DNA from: Prasinococcaceae sp. CCMP 1430
Lineage: Eukaryota > Plantae > Prasinodermophyta
Length of the DNA stretch: 64,000 bases
Direction: 5' to 3'
Assembly (NCBI GenBank): GCA_013416795.1
Contig: RQSC01000031.1
Span: forward strand, 147,173 to 211,172
Position 1 is the first letter of the stretch. Every line of letters starts with the position of its first letter. Under the pieces are notes generated by a model. The model was not told the origin of the DNA. It worked only from the letters and a program-made list of their open reading frames with translations, and made no database searches. Positions 9,504 through 19,700 of this stretch are shown piece after piece. The position numbers were made by a program, and so were the translations under genes.

Positions 9504-11769
9504 TTGCGGGCGGCACAGGCGGCGGCGGCGGGCGGGGCGCGCCAGCTGTCGATCGCGGACATCTTCAGGCGCGCTGCGGCAAAGAAGGCGAGGGCGGACT
9601 CGACCGCGCCGGAAAGTGCCGGCGGGACCGCTGCGTCTGTGCCTGCGAGTGGCGCGGACGCAGCCGCTGGTGACGCCGCGGTCGCGCCAGCGGAGGCGCT
9701 GGCGGCGGCAGCCGGGGCCGGGGCCCGTTGCGACGGGGTCGCAGTAGACGCGACGGCTGCGGCCGCCGCGGAGGTCCGGGTTGCTGCGGGGGCCACCAAG
9801 CGTGTGGCTGCAGCTGCGCCGGCGCGAGGAAAGTGCGATGGAGCGCGCGCTGATGAGGGGGCTGCCGGCGCTGCCTACGCTGGCGTCCACGCGATGGAAG
9901 TGGGCGGTGCATGCGAGGCAGGCGCCGGCAGCGCGGGGGGCGTGGCCACGCGTCAGGATGACAGCGCGGACCGATCGGGCGACGGCCAACGCGGAGAGCA
10001 GCAGCCGTGGGGCGAGCGCCAGGAGGTTGAGAGGCGACCCGACGATGTTCCTGCTGAGCCAGCTGAGGGAGTCGTTGCCGACGAGGAGCGCCGGCAACAG
10101 AGTGCGATGGCACCTGTGAGCGCGTCCTGCGGGCTGACGCCGTACGAGCTGGAGCGGCAGGCGCGCATTGCTGCGAACAAGGCGCGCCTCGCCGCCTTGG
10201 TCACTCCCGCGCTGAAAGTGGTGCAGGCAACAGCAGCCAAGGTGGCTCCAAAACCCAAACCCCAAAAGCGGCCGTCGCGGAGAAGCACCGCGTCTGCCGC
10301 GGTCCCGGCAGTGCCGCTGCGTCGCAGCACGCGCTCTCGGGGCCCGCCTCCCACGGCGCCAACGAGTGGTACAGACGTTGCCACCGCAGCTGCTGCTGCG
10401 GCTGCTGCAGCCGCCGCCGTGGCCGCGCCCGCGTACGAGGCGCACAAATTTGATGACTCTGCTGTTGTGCAGTACGACCTGACTGCCGATGACGACAACG
10501 ACCGCTGGGGCGGTGCCAACGAGCACAGCGACGCGTCGCTGCTCTTACCAGAGAGTGGCGATGTTCCAATGCGCCTGCGTCTCCGCCGACGCGGGCGCTC
10601 GTTCGCCGACGCTGCGCTCAAGCGCGTCTACTCGTGCGATCGCCGCGGCGGCCTTTTGGTCGCCGCAGGCAAGGATGGCCGCGCTTCTGTTTTCGCGATC
10701 GACGGCAGCAGCACCGCAGGTGATATCGCACGCGGTGAGAGTTCGGCTGCGGCCGACGACGAAGGTGACGATGACGAGGGCTTCTGCGCCGAACCGATCC
10801 TCAGCTGGAAAGCCCATCCTGGCTGGATTGGCGACGTGCAGTGGATGAGTGGCGGCAGCGGTAGGCTGGTCACCGCGTCCAACGACAAAACCGTGCGCCT
10901 GTGGGATGCAAGGGCGCAGAGCGAGATCGACGGTGCGCCTAGGGAACTCGCGCGCACGGCGGCCCTGCACTCGGGCGGAATATTTTCTCTGCACGAGTTG
11001 GCGACAAAGCTGCTTACGACGTCAAAGGACGGAGGTGAGGCCGACCCCACGCGCGCTGTTGTGGGCGGTGCGATGTTGTCCCAACGCTCTGCTTTGATAG
11101 CCGCTGACACTCACGACCGCAACGCATGGCCACACGGTGCCCGACGCATACCCAGCCGTCGTGCTGAGCGACGTGCGCGAGGCTTCCATCGTCGAGACTT
11201 GGAGCGCAGACAGCGCACACAGCGTGGGCAAGAGCGTGCGATGGCGGCCCGGGCAGTCCACTGCCGCGATCTTCGCCTCATGTGGATCTGAGGGCGACGT
11301 GTGCGTGCGCGACACACGCGAAGCCGGCAAGAAGGGACCCGCGGTGGAGTTCGCCGATGCTCACACGCAGGGTGCCAACTTCGTGGCCTGGTCACCCGCG
11401 GAAGAACACCTCCTGGCGTCAGCGGGCGCGGGCACTGAGCTCCTGCTACACGACATTCGCAAAGCAGGGAACGGCGCCCAGGCCCTGCACACATACACAG
11501 GCCACGCACAGCCGCGCGGGCATAGGTGCAGGCAAATGTACTGCCCGGCGTTTGCTGCGGGAGGTGCTGTGTTGGTGTGCCCGGGCGAGAACAGCGAGCG
11601 CCTCTCAATGTATTCGGTGGCGACCGGCGCCACGCTTTCGAGGGGGTGCGTGGGCTATGATGCCACCGCGCTGGTCGGTGGCGGAGCAACGCGCAACGCC
11701 CCGCTCGTCGCGGCAGCGCCTGGTGGCGCGCTCGAGCTCTTCTTCGTCGAGAGGGCCGGCGAGGCATGA
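9504..11769 (+). CDS. WD40-repeat protein, WDR76/CMR1(DRS1)-like
   Basis: Motif LTPYELERQARIAANKARL resembles the CMR1/WDR76 N-terminal signature, followed by multiple WD40 blades. Intron 11035-11155 (GTGAGG...CCCAG, branch GCTGAC) joins SKDG|AVVLSD in frame. The true ATG exon is not resolved. Confidence 0.7.
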
Positions 11770-11827
11770 GCAGCCTTGGGGCAGATGTGCCAGATAGCCA
11801 ATATCTGGTGTCCCGGAGAGCAGCACC

Positions 11828-11832
11828 TGTAA
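11828..11832 (+). terminator. TGTAA polyadenylation-signal candidate (representative example)
   Basis: About 60 nt after the WD40 stop at 11769. Equivalent TGTAA sites lie downstream of stops at 1411(-), 5303(-), 21627(-), 58352(-) and 61048(+). UGUAA is the established chlorophyte signal. Confidence 0.6.
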
Positions 11833-12020
11833 TAATATGTGCCTAAAGGACCCGTGGCCACCGCAAGCAAACACTTGTTGGCAGGAACACGCATCAGGCG
11901 CGGGCGAAAGGTGTACCGGCTGCGTGCGCATCAGACGTGGCCTTTTACGTTTCCTTGCAACCCATGGCGGCATCTGCACACCGCCGCTGTCGCGCGCACA
12001 CCTTGCATGGCAGAGCACGC

Positions 12021-13468
12021 TCAGCGCGGTTGCCTCCACGAGAATATCTTCACACTGCCGTTGTCGACGCCCACGAAGATGTACGGGCCCGCCGCGGCGA
12101 TCGCCTTGACCTCTTTGCGCTCCGAGATGATGCCGCGGTCGGCGAACGTTGGCAGCTCCAGGATGCGGACGACGTTGTCCAGCGGATTGGCGCAGAGCAG
12201 CACGGCCTTGCCCTCGCCATCAGCGGTGCCGCACATCGTCACGTAAGTCTCGCCCTGGTTGCCGCCCTCGGGGAACTGGTACACCCCCGCAAAGGGCGCG
12301 TTTGTGTCCTCATTGCCCGCGGCGTCGGTGGGTCGTCCCCAGACGCAGATCACGCCGCCCATATCGCACGTGATGGCGTTCGTGTTCCAGCACAGCACCT
12401 TTGTCACCGGCTGCGCATGCCCGGCGAGCTGCTGGAGCTGCCCGCCGTTCGCGGCGTCCCACACGAAGACGGCGTTGTCGAGACCGCCGGAGAAGAGCCG
12501 CCCGCCCACATTGGCCAGAGTCTGCACCGCGGCCGCGTGGCCATTCATGACACCGATACCCACGAAGGTGGCCTGCGCGGCGTCGAATTTCCACGCGCGG
12601 ATGGTCGTGTCCGCGCTCGCGCTGAAAAGGTGCTCGCCCGCGACGCACATGTCGTTCACGCAGCCTGTGTGGCCGACCATGTCGCGCACCGAGCCATCTG
12701 CCATCGTAATGCACTTGATGGTCCCGCTGACGAGACCCGCGAAGACGTACCCGCTCTCGGCGCACAGTGAGTGCACCTCCCCCCCCATCTGCAGCTCGCC
12801 TGTTTTTTCGCCGCTCGCGATCGACCACACCTTGACGAAGCCGTCCTTGGCGCCGGTGAAGAGCTGCTCGCCACACACGACGACCGCCATCGCAGCCTGG
12901 GTGTGCCCTCCGTTGCGCGAGCCGATCTCCTGCGTGAATGTAACATCGGCTGCGCAAGAGAGCGAAGCGGCGGCGGGTTCGGAGAGGTGGGTGATGTGTG
13001 GCGCAGAATACCACCAAGATGCGTGCAACCAATGACGGTGCGGCGATCCGGCGCGGCGACAGGTGGCGGGCGCGGCTCCGATCGTTAGTTAGGGTCGCTG
13101 CACGGACGCTTGCGCGCGCGGCGCGCGCAGTCGTATGCGCATGATCGGCGCATCTGCCACGCCCTCGCGGCGTGCTGCGCCGCGACAGGCGTGCTGACGG
13201 CCGATTGGCGCCAGTCGGGCAGCGTCCGTGCACGCTCGCTCGCTCGCTCGCTCGCTCGCTCGCCGACGTACGTGCTTTGGTGCCCTGGCCTGTGCCCGCG
13301 CCGCGCCCACGGCCACGGCCGCGGCCGCGGCCTCTGCCGCTGCCAAAGCTCTGTCTTCCCCCGCTCCGCCCGCCGCCGAAGTTCCCTCCCGTCGACCCGT
13401 TGTTGAAACCCTGATTAAAGCCGCCGCTGCCGCCTCCGCCGCCGCCGCGGCCGCGCCGCCGCCGGCCG
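12021..13468 (-). CDS. ZFWD-like WD40 protein with RGG-rich N-terminal region (5' partial)
   Basis: C-terminus ILELPTFADRGII..KEVKAI..GPYIFVGVDNGSVKIFSW matches plant ZFWD proteins. WD exon 12949-12021; upstream exon ends 13272 (C|GTACGT) and encodes RGRGRG/GGNFGG. The N-terminus is in gap 13469-13997. Confidence 0.75.
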
Positions 13469-14045
13469 NNNNNNNNNNNNNNNNNNNNNNNNNNNNNNNN
13501 NNNNNNNNNNNNNNNNNNNNNNNNNNNNNNNNNNNNNNNNNNNNNNNNNNNNNNNNNNNNNNNNNNNNNNNNNNNNNNNNNNNNNNNNNNNNNNNNNNNN
13601 NNNNNNNNNNNNNNNNNNNNNNNNNNNNNNNNNNNNNNNNNNNNNNNNNNNNNNNNNNNNNNNNNNNNNNNNNNNNNNNNNNNNNNNNNNNNNNNNNNNN
13701 NNNNNNNNNNNNNNNNNNNNNNNNNNNNNNNNNNNNNNNNNNNNNNNNNNNNNNNNNNNNNNNNNNNNNNNNNNNNNNNNNNNNNNNNNNNNNNNNNNNN
13801 NNNNNNNNNNNNNNNNNNNNNNNNNNNNNNNNNNNNNNNNNNNNNNNNNNNNNNNNNNNNNNNNNNNNNNNNNNNNNNNNNNNNNNNNNNNNNNNNNNNN
13901 NNNNNNNNNNNNNNNNNNNNNNNNNNNNNNNNNNNNNNNNNNNNNNNNNNNNNNNNNNNNNNNNNNNNNNNNNNNNNNNNNNNNNNNNNNNNNNNNNCCC
14001 CCCGCGCGGGCCGCGCGGCGCGCGCCCGCCCCCCGCGCGGCTGCG

Positions 14046-15242
14046 TCATTGCCCGTCCTGCTCCTCGGCCTCGAACTCCTTGTACAGCTTCTCCATGCTT
14101 TGGCGCGGCAGGCTGGCCGAGTTGCCCAGGCGCCTGCCGCCGGCCCTGGCGCTGCTGGCGAGCGAGGCGCGCCCGCCCGCCTCGAGGTTCATGAACTGCT
14201 GCCTGAAGCGGTCCACCGCGCTGGGGTACATGAAGGACGAGCTGTTGCCCCCCCGCTCGTACTCCTCCAGCATGTTGGGGTGGTACTCGAGGATCTCGCG
14301 GTAGATGAGCTCCTTGATGTTCTCCATGGTGAGCTTCTTGGCCTCGAAGGCGAACTCGACCTTGCTGATGGGGTCGCGGCCCTCCTCGCGGCCGGGGTCG
14401 GTGAGCGAGGCGAAGAACGGGTCCGCGAGCGCCTCCGCGGCGCCGATGCGGTCGTTGGGGTCGAACGCGAGCAGCTTGGCCAGGATGGCGCGGATCTCGG
14501 GCGACGCGTTGGGGAACTTGTACCTGAAGTCGATGCCCGGCTTGTGTTTCATGTTGCGCAGGAAGTTGCGCGCCTTGTCGTTGCGCACGCGCGCGATGGC
14601 CGCCTCGGAGGGCGTGCCGAGGAGGTCGGTGATGAGCTCCAGCTGGTGGACCACGTTCTTGCCCGGGAAGAGCGGCTTGCCCAGCAGCACCTCGGCGAAG
14701 ATGCAGCCGATGCCCCAGATGTCCACCGCCGGCGTGTACTTGGTGAAGAACGAGCCGCAGAGCTCGGGCGCGCGGTACCAGCGCGTGGCGACGTAGTCCG
14801 TCCAGAAGACCGACGTGGGCGCCTCCGAAAAGCTCACGCGCGCCAGCCCGAAGTCGCAGATCTTGAGCTTGCAGTCCGAGTTGGCCAGGATGTTCTTGGG
14901 CTTGATGTCGCGGTGGAAGACCTGCGCCGAGTGGATGTACTTCATGGCGCGCAGCAGCTGGTAGAGGAAAAACTGGTGGTGCGCGGGCGTCAGGTCGTCG
15001 TTCGCCTTGATCACCTGGTGCAGGTCCGTCTCCATCAGCTCGAACACCACGTAGATGTCGCGGAACTCCTTCTTGTGCGGCGGCAGCATGATGTGCTTGA
15101 TCTCCACGATGTCCGGGTGCTTGAGCAGCCGCAGCAGCTTGATCTCGCGCAGGATGCGCGTGGCGTCGCTCACGTGCTCGAAGACGTCGTTGATGCGCTT
15201 GATGGCCACCTTCTGGCCCGTGTGGTTGTCGGTCGCGGACAC
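14046..15242 (-). CDS. Mitogen-activated protein kinase, plant group D (TDY); first exon missing
   Basis: VAIKRI, HRDIKPKN, DFGLAR, activation loop FWTDYVATRWYRAPEL. The exon begins after acceptor ACACAG at 15243. Confidence 0.95.
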   Translation of the reverse strand: MSATDNHTGQKVAIKRINDVFEHVSDATRILREIKLLRLLKHPDIVEIKHIMLPPHKKEFRDIYVVFELMETDLHQVIKANDDLTPAHHQFFLYQLLRAMKYIHSAQVFHRDIKPKNILANSDCKLKICDFGLARVSFSEAPTSVFWTDYVATRWYRAPELCGSFFTKYTPAVDIWGIGCIFAEVLLGKPLFPGKNVVHQLELITDLLGTPSEAAIARVRNDKARNFLRNMKHKPGIDFRYKFPNASPEIRAILAKLLAFDPNDRIGAAEALADPFFASLTDPGREEGRDPISKVEFAFEAKKLTMENIKELIYREILEYHPNMLEEYERGGNSSSFMYPSAVDRFRQQFMNLEAGGRASLASSARAGGRRLGNSASLPRQSMEKLYKEFEAEEQDGQ

Positions 15243-15442
15243 CTGTGTCGGTTCGGTTGGGAGGGGAAAGTTTGGTGGTGGTGGCAGGGGGGGGGGGCGG
15301 GGGGCTCTGGCTGGGGCGCCAAACATGTTGTACTCATGTCAACCGATTCAGCTTGTACAAGGGCGTTGCACTCGAAGGTGTGTGTACAACGGCGCCCCTC
15401 AGCGCCTGCCAATCTTACTCGGACCGCTGCACCGCGCGCGCG

Positions 15443-16145
15443 TCAGAGCCTGTCGATCACCGCCTTGACCTGCTCTTCGTTGTACAAGCGATAGGTGGGC
15501 GCAACCACCGCGATGTCGACGTTCGTGGATGTGACCTTTTCCTCCATCACTTGCTTGAGCGTCTTGAGCGCCAGCACCTCTGCCTCAGCCAGCGTGAGCG
15601 CCTCAGTGTACTCCTCCTGCAGCGCAGTCTGCGCACCCTCAGATCCTGACCCGATGGCCTTGGCCGTGAATTTGACGAACGTCCCGCTGGGGTCTGTGTG
15701 GTACAGCATGGGCCCTTGTTCCTCGTCCCAGCCAGCGATGAGCAGCGCCACGCCGAACGGGCGACTCATGGCGTCCTCGTCGCCCTCGCCGAACGCCAGA
15801 CACTTGTCCGAGAGACTCTGCGTGACAGAACGCACCGGGATCTCCTCGTTGAACGTGAAGCGGTGGTTCTGGCTCTCGACACGAGCGTGGTCGACCAGCG
15901 TCCGCGCGTCTGCTGTCAGCCCACTCATGGCACAGCCCAGGTGCGTATCGATCTCCATGATCTTCTCGATCGACGACGGCTCCAGCAGCGTGCTCGTCAC
16001 GCGCTTCTCCACAACCAGCACCACGCCCTCCTTCGTCGCGACGCCGATGGCGGTCGAGCCGAGCTTAATCGCCTCCATCGCATACTCCACCTGGAAGAGG
16101 CGCCCCTCCGGGGAGAAGGTGTTTACGCCGCGATCATACTCCGAC
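15443..16145 (-). CDS. PSMA5: 20S proteasome subunit alpha-5
   Basis: [34 protein letters not shown]...[18 protein letters not shown]. Acceptor at 16146; the tiny first exon is probably in gap 16272-16601. Confidence 0.95.
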
Positions 16146-16720
16146 CTGTGAATGGGTGGGCCGGTAGGCGGGCGGGCGCGCGCGCGCGTGGGGGCAGGAG
16201 CGCGGCGGCGCGCGCGTCAGATCCCTCGCGCTTCGGGGCGCGCGCTGGCGCAGCGCTGAGATCTGTCCGCGNNNNNNNNNNNNNNNNNNNNNNNNNNNNN
16301 NNNNNNNNNNNNNNNNNNNNNNNNNNNNNNNNNNNNNNNNNNNNNNNNNNNNNNNNNNNNNNNNNNNNNNNNNNNNNNNNNNNNNNNNNNNNNNNNNNNN
16401 NNNNNNNNNNNNNNNNNNNNNNNNNNNNNNNNNNNNNNNNNNNNNNNNNNNNNNNNNNNNNNNNNNNNNNNNNNNNNNNNNNNNNNNNNNNNNNNNNNNN
16501 NNNNNNNNNNNNNNNNNNNNNNNNNNNNNNNNNNNNNNNNNNNNNNNNNNNNNNNNNNNNNNNNNNNNNNNNNNNNNNNNNNNNNNNNNNNNNNNNNNNN
16601 NNCGCCGCGCGCGGCCGCCAGACGGCGCGTGGCCGGGCGGGGTGGCGCAGTGCCGCGGGGAGCGGGGAGGGCGGGGCACCACCAGAGTGCAACGGCAACG
16701 GCGCGGCGAGCAGCGCGGAG

Positions 16721-19700
16721 ATGGAGTGGGGCGTGCGCTCGGTGAGCGTGCCCGTATCGAACGCGGCGCTCGCAGCAGGCGAGGGCGGCGGCGCCGCGGG
16801 CTCGGGCGCGACCGGCGGCGGTGGCCACGCCGCCGCGCAGCCGCGCGTGTGCGCGGCGCATCCTGTGCAGCCGCTGTGCGCGGCAGCGCGCGGCGCGACC
16901 GTGGCCGAGTTTGACGCAGCGACCGGCTGCAGGCTCTCTGCGGCGCCGCTGCAGGCACCTGTTGTGAAGCTCGCGTACTCGCCGACGCACCATCACGCGC
17001 TCATCTGCGTGCTCGCAGACTACACGCTGCACAGATACACGCCTCTCACAGGCGCCGTGTCGCCGCTGTACCGGCCTGACAAGCCTTCGAAGGACCCTCT
17101 GACCGAGTGTCACCTCGCACTGCCGCGATGCGTCCCGTGGGTGTACTTCTGCGCAGCGGGGCGCAGCAGCGTGTACGTCGTGCCGGCAAACGCAACAGGG
17201 GCGCTCGCGACGCGCGTATCGAGGGCCAAGCCCGTGACAGCGATGGTGGCGCATCCTCGCGACCCGGTGCTCTTCGTCGCGTACTCGGATGGAACGCTCG
17301 CCGCTTTCGACATGGACCTGCCGCCGACGCCACCAAGCGCGGGCAAAGGGCGCAGCAAACCCAAGGTCGAATCCAGGCCGCGTTGGACGGCAGGTGAGGA
17401 AGGGGGGGGGAAACGCGGTCCCGCCGCGCGCGTCATCCATTCTTTGTGTTTCCATCCGCGCGCCGGCGGGCGGCTCTTGTACGCGGGGGACAGCATGGGC
17501 GCCGTGACAGCGCTCGCCGTGGTCGGTGGGACGCCACCGCGCCTGCTTGAGCGCACCAAGTGCTCGCGCGTCGCCGTGCGCGCGCTTTCTTACGCCATCC
17601 CTGGCGGCAGCGACGGTGTGCTGCTTGTTCTGTCTGCCGCGGGAAGCGTGACGGGGTGGGAGGCGGCTGCGCAGGCGGGCGGGCTCTGCCGCGCTCCGCT
17701 ACCGGCGGTCGACGGCGGCCACATACTCGCGCTCGATGCCGACGGCCCACCTCGGCAGCTGTCCGCTCTCATGGAGTCGAGTGGGGGTGCGACGACTGCC
17801 AGGGCGAACATATCTGCCATTGCGGCTACCGGAGGGTGCGGCACAGTCATCGCCCTGGTGTCTAATCTCAAGCCGTTGCAGAAGCAGCTGCCTACAACTG
17901 CTATCAGAACGCGCCGCGAGTTATTGATGATCAGACGAAGCGCAAAGGAGCTGTGCGCAGCTGGGGGGCTCGCTCGAGAGTCTGCGGAGGCACAGGCCGC
18001 TCGCACAGTGCTCGAGGGAGCGCTGCGCGCAGCAGGAGTCCGGGCGCCCACCGCAGCCACGCTTGGGCGTACCCCAACGATCGAGGACCTCGTGGACGCA
18101 GCCCTGTACGCAGGCAGCTGCAGAGAGGGGGCGAGTGGCGCCCGGACGGACCAAACAGCGTTTGTTGAGCCACGCGTGGCCATACTGAGCCTCGGAGTGT
18201 CTTCGAGCGGCATGCAGCCTTTCACCGCGGGCATTTTTACTCGGTCCACTACGCCAGTGTGGTATCTCATCGGAGGGTCAGCGGCGCAGCAGGCGCGCTC
18301 ACCGCTCGACCACAGCGTGCCTGCCTTTGCTTTTCCGAATGCGTACTACTTCCTCGAGGCAGGGAGGCGCCTGGGCAAGTACAGTCTCGTGGATCACCTC
18401 GTTGGAATCAAATTTACTCTGCCGCAGGACTCAAACGGTGCAAAGCGCGGCGCACCGGCGCCAAAGGCGGTGGCGATCGAAGAGAGCCCCGCAGGCGATG
18501 CTTGGCTAGTCAAATACAGACGACCAGCTGGTGGCGCAGGCGCGGGCGCGCAGGGCACTTCGATGGCTGTGACCGCACTCGTTCGGAACACGACACCACC
18601 GAACAGGATAGCACTGCGTGACTGCGTTGATGCTGCCTATCTGCAGGAGGGCCGCCTCGCGCTGCTCGTGGAGACAGCCGACGCCGGTGGCATGGAGTTG
18701 CATTGCTTTGCCCCGGAAGACTCGCGGGAGAACGCCACATTCCTGTCGGCTGTGCCGATGTCTGCTGTCATGCTTCGCGCGCCTGCAACGCACGTCTTTC
18801 GGGGGCACCGGGCGAGTTCGCTGCTGCTAGCCGGGGCAGGGGAGCTGCGGCTGGTTCTTGCACCGCCGACTGATGCGGTAGACGAACCCGGCGAAGGCGA
18901 GCAGGCTAGGCTCGCCCTCCTTCCAGCTGAGCGCGTCATTGACGTCACATGGCAGCACATGGCACTCAGTGCCCGCCAGCACGACGCCTCATCGACGCCG
19001 ACCGTCGGCGCCGTGCTCACGACACGCCGACTGCTCATCGTCGCCGCCGACGATCTGCAGGTGTTGGCGCACGCCACCACACCCGCTTGCGCTGACAGCC
19101 CCGTCGGGTCGCCGTTTCCGTTCCATTCGTGCCTTTGGGCCGGGCCATGCTTGCTGTACTCAGCGGCAGGCGGTGAGGTAGGGGCGCTGCTCTGGGACAG
19201 CTCGGTGCGCAAAGTGGCAAGCGTAGACGTAGGCGCGGGCGGAGCCGGAGCTGTGGCGCTGCTCGCGTGTCTGCAGGATCGCCTCATCATTGGCGGCATC
19301 AACCCGGTTTCGGGGCGCGCGGAGATCTCCAGACGCACGGTGGCGCTTATGGAGCCGCTCACCCTCGCGCTGGTGACGTACGCCCGCTCAGAGGACCCCA
19401 AGACGGGTGCTCGGCGCATGACTGATCCCGAGCTGCGCTCCTTGCTCGTTTCGCTTGTGGGGAGCCTCGACGGGTCGATAGCGCCGCGGCCCGCGCTGCG
19501 GTCGCTCTGCTCGATGGATTTGCCGGACCTTGCGGCGGCGATGGTGACAAGTGCCCACGGGGCAATGGCGGGGGATAGGTTCGAAGTGTACCTCGCATCC
19601 CATAGTTTCTACGAGGCGCGCTCGATGCTGCGCGACGAGTACGAGCACTCATCGACCTACCCGCTAGTGCCCTACGGATCACAACTTGCGGTTCGCTTCG

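Noticed and set aside
13089-13095. TTAGGGT in the ZFWD intron as a telo-box
   Set aside because: On the transcribed strand it reads CCCTAACTAAC, which resembles a branch-point-type sequence; function unsupported.
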